Positions 8,751 through 16,562 of a stretch of 18,492 bases of DNA are shown here, one piece after another; within the stretch, counting starts at the first letter, position 1; every line of letters starts with the position of its first letter. Where the stretch lies: positions 1-18,492 of the forward strand of contig JAKFCT010000013.1 of the NCBI GenBank assembly GCA_036676495.1. Direction: 5' to 3'. Under the pieces are notes generated by a model, which saw only the letters and a list, made by a program, of their open reading frames with translations, searched no databases and was not told the origin of the DNA. The DNA is from Candidatus Sericytochromatia bacterium. GTDB lineage: Bacteria > Cyanobacteriota > Sericytochromatia > S15B-MN24 > UBA4093. The position numbers and the translations under genes were made by a program.

Positions 8751-9238
8751 CGGATCTGCCCCTTCACCGGAGGCGCGATCTCGGGGCGTTGACCCGTGAC
8801 CGCCCCGCGCGCCACGTCGAACATGACCCGCAGCCGACCGCCCTTCGGCTCCCAGTACTCCGCCTCGCGCGCCGTCACCTTGATCATGCAGAGATCCGAC
8901 TGCTCCGGCCCTTCCGGGAACCAGACGCGCCAGCTCTCCTTCCAGTGCTGCTTTAGGAAGTCCTTGTCCTGGACCACCTCGACGTCGCCGGTCAGCGAGA
9001 CGTAGGCGTTGTCCCGATCCCGGAAGTAGATCACTCCCGCCTTGGGGTTCGCCCGCATCTCCTCCACCTTGTCCGAGTGCAGCGCGCTCACGAACCAGAG
9101 ATCCGCATCCGGCTCGCGCTCCTGCGTCATCATCGGGCGGGCATGCAAGTAGCCGTCCCGCGTGACCGTGGTCAGCATCGCCACCGAGAATTCCTTGAGG
9201 TGCTCATGCAGCTCATCGAGCGAAAGCGTCTTGGTCAT
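8747..9238 (-). CDS. Pyridoxamine 5'-phosphate oxidase-like FMN-binding protein (general stress protein 26/YdaG type)
   Basis: Motifs VAMLTT...LHARPM, LWF...SDKVEEMRANPK, YVSLTG, WFPEGP and AEYW. Strong GGAGGGAGG SD upstream on the minus strand. Confidence 0.88.
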   Translation of the reverse strand: MTKTLSLDELHEHLKEFSVAMLTTVTRDGYLHARPMMTQEREPDADLWFVSALHSDKVEEMRANPKAGVIYFRDRDNAYVSLTGDVEVVQDKDFLKQHWKESWRVWFPEGPEQSDLCMIKVTAREAEYWEPKGGRLRVMFDVARGAVTGQRPEIAPPVKGQIR

Positions 9239-9269
9239 CTCATCCTCCCTCCGAATCCCCCCTCACCCT

Positions 9270-9302
9270 AGCAAGGAGCCCCTCCGAGGACATCGGAGGG
9301 GC
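9270..9302 (-). terminator. Hairpin, probable terminator of the lipoprotein gene
   Basis: Perfect 10-bp stem GCCCCTCCGA (9278-9287)/TCGGAGGGGC (9293-9302) with a 5-nt loop, about 30 nt past the lipoprotein stop. The U tract on the minus strand is weak (TCCTTG). Confidence 0.55.
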
Positions 9303-9330
9303 GGACTCGAATTGGCGGAGATTTTGCTCG

Positions 9331-10065
9331 CTAGCCCGGCATCGAGACGAAGGCGAAGCCCGTGTTGAGCTTGAAGACGCCCGCTCCCACGTAGCTGAGT
9401 CCCGGGGTCTTGGCCGCGTTCTTCGGCCCTTCCACGTTCAGCTGCTTGACGATCTCCTCGCGGGTCTTCTTGCGGATATCCCCGCCGAAAAGCCGCGCCA
9501 GCGGATCGAAGCCCGAAACCTCGCCCTTCACGCTCTCATCGGGCTGGTCGATCCAGACCATCCCCTCGCGATCCAGGTAGACCGCGAAGTCGAAGCTCAC
9601 CGCGATGTTATGCCCCTGGTAGTCCACGATGCCGCTGCAGCGCAAGGTCTTGCCAATGCGCGTCACGGTGATGCCCTTGGGCATGTTCGGCTTGAGGTTC
9701 TTTTCCAGCTCCGCGACCACCGTGTCCAGGACCTGCATGCGCAGCTTCGCACGCTCGATCTCGGTGGCGGGATCGTTGCTGCCCATGCCGTAGGTCGAAA
9801 GGTAATGGTTGATGATGTTGGCCGCTTCGCGCGGGTAGGTGCGCTTCACCCAGCTCACGAAGGGGTTCTTCATGATGTCGTTGGACGCCCCTGCCGGCTC
9901 TTCCACCCGGTTGTAGACCGGAGTGGGCGGAGCTTTCTTGGGCTGGGTCGCCGTCGGGGCCGAGCCGCAACCCAAGAGCCCGAAGGCCAGGACGGCCAGC
10001 AAACCGAGCCGGACCATGGCGGAAGACCTCCCGGCAAGGGGCTTTTCTGCAGCCTCGTTACGCAT
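9331..10065 (-). CDS. Hypothetical lipoprotein
   Basis: Hydrophobic stretch with lipobox LAFGLLG-C, followed by a Pro/Thr-rich tether and a globular domain I do not recognise. GGAGA SD upstream; an alternative start at MVRLG is possible. Confidence 0.75.
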   Translation of the reverse strand: MRNEAAEKPLAGRSSAMVRLGLLAVLAFGLLGCGSAPTATQPKKAPPTPVYNRVEEPAGASNDIMKNPFVSWVKRTYPREAANIINHYLSTYGMGSNDPATEIERAKLRMQVLDTVVAELEKNLKPNMPKGITVTRIGKTLRCSGIVDYQGHNIAVSFDFAVYLDREGMVWIDQPDESVKGEVSGFDPLARLFGGDIRKKTREEIVKQLNVEGPKNAAKTPGLSYVGAGVFKLNTGFAFVSMPG

Positions 10066-10188
10066 GGTTCTCCGCCTTTCCGCAAAAAGATCGACCCGAG
10101 CATGGGTCCTGGCTTTACTATGGCCGTTAATCAGCCGGAACTTGGTTGTGGTAAGGTTAAATCAACTTTAATCTCGAAAGGAGGGGCC

Positions 10189-10719
10189 ATGTCCGCATCG
10201 CCCGTCGGTGGAAATCTCCGCCGGAACCTCGAACTCAAAGCCCGTTGTCCCGACCCTTCCCGCGTCCAAGCCGCCCTTCAGCGGCTCGGAGCCCAGGATT
10301 CAGGGCTCTTGATCCAGACGGACACTTACTTTCATGCGCCTCACGGCCGCCTCAAGCTGCGGGAAATCGAGGGTTGTCCGTCCCAGCTCATTGCCTACGA
10401 CCGCCCGGAGGAAGCAGCCCAGCGCATGAGCGCCTTCCGGATCACCGAGGTCACGGATGCCGACGGGCTAAAGGCCGTCCTCACGGACGCCCTGGGGCTT
10501 CGTGGCGTCGTCTCCAAGCGCCGTCGGCTCTACCTCTGGCAGGACTGCCGGATTCACCTGGACGAGGTCGAGGGTCTCGGCACCTTCCTGGAGTTCGAAG
10601 TGTTCTCCGAGGGCGACTCCTGCAGCGACTGGGATCGCATGGAGGCGCTCATGACGACGTTCGGGCTCACGGACGCGGACGCCATCCGGGCCTCCTACTC
10701 CGACCTGATGGGGTTTTGA
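10189..10719 (+). CDS. CYTH-domain protein (class IV adenylate cyclase/triphosphate tunnel metalloenzyme family)
   Basis: ATG 10189 with AAGGAGG SD; the longer ORF-track start at 9610 is rejected. Motifs NLELKAR (ExExK variant), QTDTYF, RLKLRE, KRRRLY, IHLDEVEGLGTFLEFE and SYSDL. Confidence 0.9.
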   Translation: MSASPVGGNLRRNLELKARCPDPSRVQAALQRLGAQDSGLLIQTDTYFHAPHGRLKLREIEGCPSQLIAYDRPEEAAQRMSAFRITEVTDADGLKAVLTDALGLRGVVSKRRRLYLWQDCRIHLDEVEGLGTFLEFEVFSEGDSCSDWDRMEALMTTFGLTDADAIRASYSDLMGF

Positions 10720-10773
10720 TTCGGGGCTGGGGTGAGGCGGTGGGAAAGCGACGTTTCGCTACAGCCGCGGGCG

Positions 10774-11526
10774 CTAGGCCAAGCGGTGAAATGGGGCGCG
10801 CTCGCGGGCCCGGGCGGCTTCCCAGGGAGTGAGCGCGCCGACTTCCAGGGTGATCCCCCAGGTTTCGGCCATGGCCTGGGCGATCGCCGACGCGATCCTG
10901 TCGCGCTCGGGAACCATCCCCAGCACGTCTGCCAGGCAGGTGGCGTCGTCGCCCGTCGACGGCTGGGTGAGCAGGTCCTGGATTTCCGCAGGGCGCTGGG
11001 TGAGCATGACCGCGCCGTGCTGCAGGAAGGCGCCTTCCCGGCGGGTCTGGGCGCTTCCTACCAGCTTTCGCCCCAAGGCCACGAGATCGGCCTGGGTGGC
11101 GCTCTGGAAGCAGGACGCGGAGCCCGCGCGGCTCAACTTTCCCGGGGCGATGGCGGTCGGGGCTCCCAGCCGGGCGATCGCCGTGGCGAGCACCTCGGTG
11201 ATCATGCGGTAGGTTCCCGCGACGCTCGCCGGGAAGCCCTCGGAGGCGATCACGGCGTACGTGAACTCCCCCCGGTGCAGGACCGCCCGTCCGCCGGTCG
11301 AGCGACGGACCACGGCGATGCCGGCCGCCGCGCAGGCGTCCAGGTTCACGTCGGAGAGCGGCTGGGCGTAGCCGAGGGAAAGCGCCGGAGGAGTCCAGGA
11401 GTAAAAGCGTAGCGTCGGGGGCGTGAGGCCCTGGCGATGGGATTCGAGGAGGGTTTCGTCGAGCGCCATGTTCCAGGCGGCGTCTCCCGCCGCATCGGGC
11501 AGGAGTCGCCAGGAACGGGCCGGCAT
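10774..11526 (-). CDS. Lipoate-protein ligase family protein, LipM-like octanoyltransferase (single catalytic domain)
   Basis: Motifs NMALDETLL, TLRFYSWTPPALSLGYAQ, VVRRSTGGRAVLH, CF, KLVGSAQ and LQHGAV. 250 aa with no LplA C-terminal domain. Confidence 0.88.
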   Translation of the reverse strand: MPARSWRLLPDAAGDAAWNMALDETLLESHRQGLTPPTLRFYSWTPPALSLGYAQPLSDVNLDACAAAGIAVVRRSTGGRAVLHRGEFTYAVIASEGFPASVAGTYRMITEVLATAIARLGAPTAIAPGKLSRAGSASCFQSATQADLVALGRKLVGSAQTRREGAFLQHGAVMLTQRPAEIQDLLTQPSTGDDATCLADVLGMVPERDRIASAIAQAMAETWGITLEVGALTPWEAARARERAPFHRLA

Positions 11527-12248
11527 CAGGAAAGGGGCTTGGTTGCCGAGACGAGGGCCATGGCCCCCATGGCGCGGTCGTGAACCTGGACCTCGGTGAA
11601 GCCGACGGCCTGCATGCGCTTGGCCAGCTCGCGCTGGTCGACGAAGCTGAGGTTGGACTCGGGGAGGTACTTGTAGGCATCGCGGTTGCCGCTCACGAGC
11701 CCGCCGATCAGGGGCACCACCCGGAAGGAGTAGACGTCCGCTCCCCAGCGAATGAGGCGGAAGCGGGGCTTGCCGAGATCGAGGGAGACGGCGCGGCCGC
11801 CGGGGCGGAGGACGCGGTGGATCTCGGAGAGGGCGCGGTCGAGGTCGGTGACGTTGCGCAGCCCATAGCCCACGGTCACGGCGTCGAAGGAGGCGTCCGG
11901 GAGGTCCAGGGCGGTCATGTCGCCTTGAATCCAGGTGATGGGGCGGCCTTCCAGGTCGCGATCCCGGGCGATCGCGAGCATGCCCTCCGAGAAGTCGAGA
12001 CCGACGATCTCCCCCTGGGCTCCGACGCGATCGGCCAGCAGGAAGGCGATGTCACCGGTGCCGGTGGCGAGGTCGAGGGCCTTGCCGCCGGGCGCGAGGG
12101 CCGCGAGCGCGACGACCTGACGCTTCCACTGGCGATGCGCGCCGGCGGTCATTAGGTCGTTGACGCGGTCGTAATTGGTGGCGATGGCGTCGAACATCGC
12201 CTGGACGTAGCGGCCCTTCTCGGGGGCTTGAGGCATCTGGAAGCTCAT
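11526..12248 (-). CDS. menG: Demethylmenaquinone methyltransferase (UbiE/MenG)
   Basis: True start is MSFQMPQ at 12248 (ATGA overlap with the upstream stop). Motifs VQAMFDAIATNYDRVNDLMT, SAM motif LDLATGTGD, GYGLRNV, RVLRPGG and AYKYLPES. Confidence 0.95.
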   Translation of the reverse strand: MSFQMPQAPEKGRYVQAMFDAIATNYDRVNDLMTAGAHRQWKRQVVALAALAPGGKALDLATGTGDIAFLLADRVGAQGEIVGLDFSEGMLAIARDRDLEGRPITWIQGDMTALDLPDASFDAVTVGYGLRNVTDLDRALSEIHRVLRPGGRAVSLDLGKPRFRLIRWGADVYSFRVVPLIGGLVSGNRDAYKYLPESNLSFVDQRELAKRMQAVGFTEVQVHDRAMGAMALVSATKPLS

Positions 12249-13225
12249 TTGGTGGCCGGTCCGTGCAGGCGGGCCTGCTCGCTGAGCTGGTCGAGGTAGC
12301 TTTCGAGCTCGTCGCGCGACGGGGCCTTGGGCAGCTCGTGCAGCCACTTGCGGGTGAGGGCGACCTCGGCCTCGACCTGCTCCAGGGTGAGGCGGTAGAC
12401 GTCGGGCTGGAAAAGGAAGTCCTTGAGGTCCTGGCTGAGATCCTGGGGGTACGGGGTCAGGAGGGCGCGGAGGCGCGGGCCCATCTCGGCATGATCCAGG
12501 GCCACCAGGACCGGGAGCGTGAGGTTGCCGGCCATGAGATCCTGACCCACGGGCTTGCCGAGGGTCTCGGCGTTGCTCGACCAGTCGAGCAGGTCGTCGA
12601 TCATCTGGAAGAGGCGTCCCAGGTGGTAGCCGAGCATGCGGGCGGCTTCCGCTTCGCGCTCCGAGCCGCCGCTGAGGATGGCGGCGCCTTCGCAGGCCAG
12701 CTCGAAGGGGCCCGAGGTCTTCTTGGCGACACGCTCCAGGTACTCGGTGATGCTCACGTCGAGGTTGTGCTGCTGCTCGTCCTGAAGGAGCTCGCCCTCG
12801 CAGAGACCGGCGAGCACTTCGCCCATGCGGCGGCAGAGGTGCGGGATGCCCAGGGAGGCCATCAGGATGGAGGCTTGGCTCAGGAGGTAGTCTCCGGCGA
12901 GGACGGCGACCTTTTCGCCCCACTTGGCGTGGACGGCCTCGACGCCGCGACGGACGGCGGCTTCGTCCAGGATGTCGTCATGGACGAGCGAACCCGTGTG
13001 CAGCAGCTCGACGGCGTCTCCCAGCCGGGAGTGCTCGTCTCCGACCGGGCCCGTCGGGTTGACGGCTTCGCCGACCAGGCGGACGCAGGTGGGGCGAATG
13101 CCCTTGCCGGAAGCCTTCAGGAGGTGAATCGAGGACTCGGAGAGCAGCTGATGGCGGGTCGCAATGCGCTCCGTGACGCCGATTCGGAAGGTCTTCGACG
13201 GGGTTTCTTGGGACGGCACGGTCAT
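12245..13225 (-). CDS. Long-chain trans-polyprenyl diphosphate synthase (solanesyl/octaprenyl/heptaprenyl type)
   Basis: GKGIRP, FARM LVHDDILD...RRG with small residues (G,S) at -5/-4, AVLAGDYL, GELLQ, KT, and SARM FQMIDDLLD...LGKPVGQDL..G.LTLP. Confidence 0.95.
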   Translation of the reverse strand: MTVPSQETPSKTFRIGVTERIATRHQLLSESSIHLLKASGKGIRPTCVRLVGEAVNPTGPVGDEHSRLGDAVELLHTGSLVHDDILDEAAVRRGVEAVHAKWGEKVAVLAGDYLLSQASILMASLGIPHLCRRMGEVLAGLCEGELLQDEQQHNLDVSITEYLERVAKKTSGPFELACEGAAILSGGSEREAEAARMLGYHLGRLFQMIDDLLDWSSNAETLGKPVGQDLMAGNLTLPVLVALDHAEMGPRLRALLTPYPQDLSQDLKDFLFQPDVYRLTLEQVEAEVALTRKWLHELPKAPSRDELESYLDQLSEQARLHGPATK

Positions 13226-13270
13226 GCGGGGCCTCGCTGCATGGCTGAAGAGAATGGGCGGTCGGATGCC

Positions 13271-13299
13271 ATCCTAGCACGCGCTACGGCAAGTTTCAA
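13271..13299 (-). promoter_or_regulatory. Sigma70-type promoter for the prenyl synthase-menG-lipM operon
   Basis: On the minus strand: TTGAAA (13299-13294), a 17-nt spacer and TAGGAT (13276-13271). Confidence 0.65.
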
Positions 13300-13311
13300 G
13301 ATTTCTTGAAA
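13294..13311. promoter_or_regulatory. 18-bp palindrome, candidate operator overlapping both divergent -35 boxes
   Basis: TTTCAAGA-TT-TCTTGAAA has perfect 8-bp arms and is an AT-rich island in a GC-rich genome. Confidence 0.7.
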
Positions 13312-13334
13312 GCAAAGGAAACATGCGGTAGAAT
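13306..13334 (+). promoter_or_regulatory. Sigma70-type promoter for menFDHBA
   Basis: TTGAAA (13306-13311), a 17-nt spacer and TAGAAT (13329-13334). Confidence 0.75.
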
Positions 13335-13407
13335 CCAGGGGTGATGCTTGGCCGCATGAGCTGCGGCAATGCGTTTCCGGACCTCCGTGCCCCTTGAAGG
13401 TGACCCC

Positions 13408-14814
13408 ATGCGCACTCAGACGAGCTTGCTTTCTCTCGAGGCCCGAATCGACGTCCTCGATCAGGCCTTGGAGCGGGCTCGCCGCACGGGGCGCCCCGTC
13501 CTGGTCGCCCTGGCCAGCCGTCCGGTGCGCGAGGCGCTTCGCGATCGCCTTCTCGACGCTCCCGCCGCGCCGAAACTGGCCTGGACGGACCTCTCCACCG
13601 GCTCGCGCTTCCTGGGGCTCGCACAAACCGACGTCCTGCGCGCCTTCGAGGCGGATGCCGCCTGGGAGATGCCGGACCATGCCCGGAGGCTTCTCGACGA
13701 AGCCGTCTGCGCCCCCGAGATCCGCCCCGAACTGCGCGTCTTCGGCGGCATCGCCTTCGACCCCGGCACCGCCCCCCACCCCGCTTGGCCCGATGGATCG
13801 CCCGCCCGCTTCGTCCTCCCTCAGGTCCTCGTCCACGAGCACGCGGAGGAGACCCGGATCCTCCTGACCAACTGGGCGCAGCCCGAGGACCATGCCGAGG
13901 ATTTGCTCGGGCGCTTCGAAGACGTGTTGAGGGATGTCGAGGACTGGCTGGAGGCTCCTGCTGCCGCCGTCTTGCCGTTCGCCGTGCCGGACCTTCCCGA
14001 GGGTGCCCGCGAGCGCTGGTTCGCGCAGGTTGAAGCCGCCCTATCGCACATCCGCTCCGGAGCGGTTACCAAGATCGTGCTCTCGCGAGACCTGCCGGTC
14101 CGCTCCGATGGTCCCTTTCCCATGGGGACCGTCATTCGAGGCCTGGAGGCCCTGGCGACCTCCGGGACGGTCTTCGGCTTCCAGTTCGAGCCGCACGCGG
14201 CCTTCGTGGGAGCGACCCCTGAGCTGCTGGTCTCCGTCTCGGGGGCCACGGTCCACAGCGATTGCCTGGCCGGCACCTGCAAGCGGACGGGAGACGCCGA
14301 GGAAGACGATCGCCTGGCCCTGGCCTTGCTCGCCAACGACAAGGAGCGCCGGGAGCATGAGCACGTGATCGCCGCGGTCACCGACGCCTTGGCGCCGCTC
14401 TGCGAAACCTTCGACGTCCCCGAGACGCCGACCCTCATGCGCCTTCCGACCCTCCAGCACCTCCACACTCCGGTGCAGGGCCGCCTGCTCGACGGCGTCG
14501 CGCTCGGCACGATCATCCGGAGGCTGCATCCGACGCCTGCCGTGGGAGGCACCCCGCGCCTGGAGGCCCTCGGACTCATCCGGGACCTCGAAGAGCGCCC
14601 CCGCGGCTGGTACGCCGGGGCCATCGGCTGGATCGGCTCCGAATCGGCCAAGTTCGTGGTGGGCATCCGATCCGCCATCTTGCATCCCGAAGGCGCCGTG
14701 GTCTTCGGGGGGTGTGGCATCGTCCGCGGCTCCGACCCGGCTGCCGAATGGGAGGAAACCCAGCGCAAGGCCGCCACCCTCCTCACCTTGCTCACCCAAG
14801 GAGCGTCCGAATGA
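13408..14814 (+). CDS. menF: Menaquinone-specific isochorismate synthase
   Basis: Preferred start is ATG 13408 with AAGGTG SD (alternative 13369). Chorismate-binding motifs KIVLSR, GATPELL, LAGT, KERREH, LHPTPAVGG, RGWYAG and GCGIVRGSDPAAEWEET. First gene of a men operon. Confidence 0.92.
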   Translation: MRTQTSLLSLEARIDVLDQALERARRTGRPVLVALASRPVREALRDRLLDAPAAPKLAWTDLSTGSRFLGLAQTDVLRAFEADAAWEMPDHARRLLDEAVCAPEIRPELRVFGGIAFDPGTAPHPAWPDGSPARFVLPQVLVHEHAEETRILLTNWAQPEDHAEDLLGRFEDVLRDVEDWLEAPAAAVLPFAVPDLPEGARERWFAQVEAALSHIRSGAVTKIVLSRDLPVRSDGPFPMGTVIRGLEALATSGTVFGFQFEPHAAFVGATPELLVSVSGATVHSDCLAGTCKRTGDAEEDDRLALALLANDKERREHEHVIAAVTDALAPLCETFDVPETPTLMRLPTLQHLHTPVQGRLLDGVALGTIIRRLHPTPAVGGTPRLEALGLIRDLEERPRGWYAGAIGWIGSESAKFVVGIRSAILHPEGAVVFGGCGIVRGSDPAAEWEETQRKAATLLTLLTQGASE

Positions 14815-16562
14815 CTCCAGCCAACCTCAACGCCCTCTGGGCGGAAACCCTCATGGAGGCGCTCGCCGCCGCTGGCGTCGCGCATGTCTGTATCTCCCCC
14901 GGCTCGCGGTCGACCCCGCTGGCCAATGCCGCCTACCTGAACCCCTCCCTGCGGACCACCGTCCACCTCGACGAGCGCTCGGCCGCCTTCTTCGCCCTGG
15001 GGCTCGCCAAGGCCTCGGAGTCGCCGGTCGCCCTGATCTGCACCTCGGGAACGGCCGCGGCCAACTATCATCCCGCGGTGATCGAGGCCTCGCTCTCCCG
15101 CGTGCCGCTGCTCGTCCTTTCCGCCGATCGTCCCCCCGAGCTGCGCCAGGCGGGAGCCGCCCAGACCATCGACCAGATTGGCCTCTTCGGCTCCGCCGTG
15201 CGCTTCTTCCAGGACCTGCCGGTTCCCGAACCCAAGCTCGCGCTCCTGAGGACCCTCCAGGCCATCACGCGGCACGCGGTCGTTCAGGCGGCCGGCCTTC
15301 CCGCCGGCCCCGTCCACCTGAATATCCCCCTGCGCGATCCCTTGCCTCCCATCCCCAACGACGAGGCCCGGATCGCCGAGCTCGCGGGCCAGCTCCGCCT
15401 GGAAGCGGCCCATCGTCTCAATCTCCCGGTCGTTCCCTCGGTCCCGGTGCCGCAGGGATCCTCCTTGATCCAGCTGGCGGATGCCCTGTCCAAGAGCGTC
15501 CGCCCGCTGATCGTCGCGGGCCCCCAAGCCGTTCGCTCCGAGGAGGCCGGCTCGCTCATCCGCTTCGCCGAGCGCTTCGGGATTCCGGTCTTCGCGGATA
15601 TCGCCTCGGGCCTGCGCTTCCAGGAGAGCCCGGTCGTACTGGCGGCCGCCGACGCGTTTCTCAAGTTGGAGGCGATCGCCAACAAGGCTCCCGACCTGGT
15701 CTTGCGGATTGGCGGCCTGCCGACCTCCAAGCCCGTCAACGAGTACCTGGCCCGGCACCGCGCGCCGTCCCTTTCCATCGGCCCGGATCGCATGCGCCAT
15801 GACCCCGATGCCCTGGTCCATGCCGCCATCGAGGCGCATGTCGGCCTCACGTTCGAGCGCCTGGGCGAATTGCTGCCCGGGATGAACGTCGAGGCGACCT
15901 GGACACCCGCCTTCCAGGAGCTGGAGCTTCGAACGGGCGACCTCTTCGCCGCCTCGGAGCTTCCCCTCGAAGCGCATGCCGCCGCCGCGGCCGTTCGCGC
16001 CTTGCCGGCGGGAGGATCGGTCTTCTTCTCCAACTCCATGCCCATCCGCTACGGCGAAACCTTCGTCCGGGAAGCGGCTCCGGGTATCAAGGTCCACGTG
16101 AGCCGCGGCGCCAACGGCATCGACGGCATTCCCTCCACCGCCCTGGGCATCGCCACCGGATCAGAGGGGCCTATGTTGCTCGTGACCGGCGACCTGGCCT
16201 TCTTGCATGACCTGGGAGGCCTCGGGGCCGCCCGCTACACCCGGCATCCGATGGTGATCGTCCTGCTCAACAACGACGGCGGCGGCATCTTCAACTTCCT
16301 GCCCATCTCGGGCTTCCCCGAGGTCTTCGAGCCCCTCTTCGGCACTCCGCACGGCCTGGACCTCAGCCATGCCGCCCGCCTCTTCGGATGGCATCACCTC
16401 CGGATCGACACGGCCCGCGAGGTCCAGCCGGCCGTGGAAGCCGCCTTCCGCTCGGGCGGTCTCCACGTGATCGAGGTGACCACCACCCGCGATGAAACCG
16501 TCCGCGCGCACCGCGCCCTGATGGGACGCCTGGTCGAAACCCTGAGGAGCGTCCCATGCTGA
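14811..16562 (+). CDS. menD: SEPHCHC synthase (TPP-dependent)
   Basis: ATG 14811 (ATGA overlap, AAGGAG SD). Motifs ISPGSRSTPL, DERSAAFFALG, CTSGTAAANY, ADRPPEL, NSMPIR, RGANGIDG, GDLAFLHD and NNDGGGIF. Confidence 0.98.
   Translation: MTPANLNALWAETLMEALAAAGVAHVCISPGSRSTPLANAAYLNPSLRTTVHLDERSAAFFALGLAKASESPVALICTSGTAAANYHPAVIEASLSRVPLLVLSADRPPELRQAGAAQTIDQIGLFGSAVRFFQDLPVPEPKLALLRTLQAITRHAVVQAAGLPAGPVHLNIPLRDPLPPIPNDEARIAELAGQLRLEAAHRLNLPVVPSVPVPQGSSLIQLADALSKSVRPLIVAGPQAVRSEEAGSLIRFAERFGIPVFADIASGLRFQESPVVLAAADAFLKLEAIANKAPDLVLRIGGLPTSKPVNEYLARHRAPSLSIGPDRMRHDPDALVHAAIEAHVGLTFERLGELLPGMNVEATWTPAFQELELRTGDLFAASELPLEAHAAAAAVRALPAGGSVFFSNSMPIRYGETFVREAAPGIKVHVSRGANGIDGIPSTALGIATGSEGPMLLVTGDLAFLHDLGGLGAARYTRHPMVIVLLNNDGGGIFNFLPISGFPEVFEPLFGTPHGLDLSHAARLFGWHHLRIDTAREVQPAVEAAFRSGGLHVIEVTTTRDETVRAHRALMGRLVETLRSVPC

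Noticed and set aside
9610-10188. Apparent N-terminal extension of the CYTH protein
   Set aside because: It is antisense to the lipoprotein gene, and a strong SD supports ATG 10189.
10189-10719. CYTH protein as a true adenylate cyclase feeding the GAF/HD-GYP protein
   Set aside because: Many CYTH proteins are triphosphatases, and the genes are in separate transcription units, so nothing in the sequence supports the link.
10737-10768. Possible bidirectional terminator between the CYTH and lipM-like genes
   Set aside because: There is only a 5-bp core stem (AGCGA/TCGCT) and no U tract on either strand.
12249-12923. Apparent 225-aa N-terminal extension of MenG
   Set aside because: It is an out-of-frame overlap with the prenyl synthase gene and is Arg/Pro-rich junk. 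The ATGA-coupled start at 12248 fits the normal MenG length.
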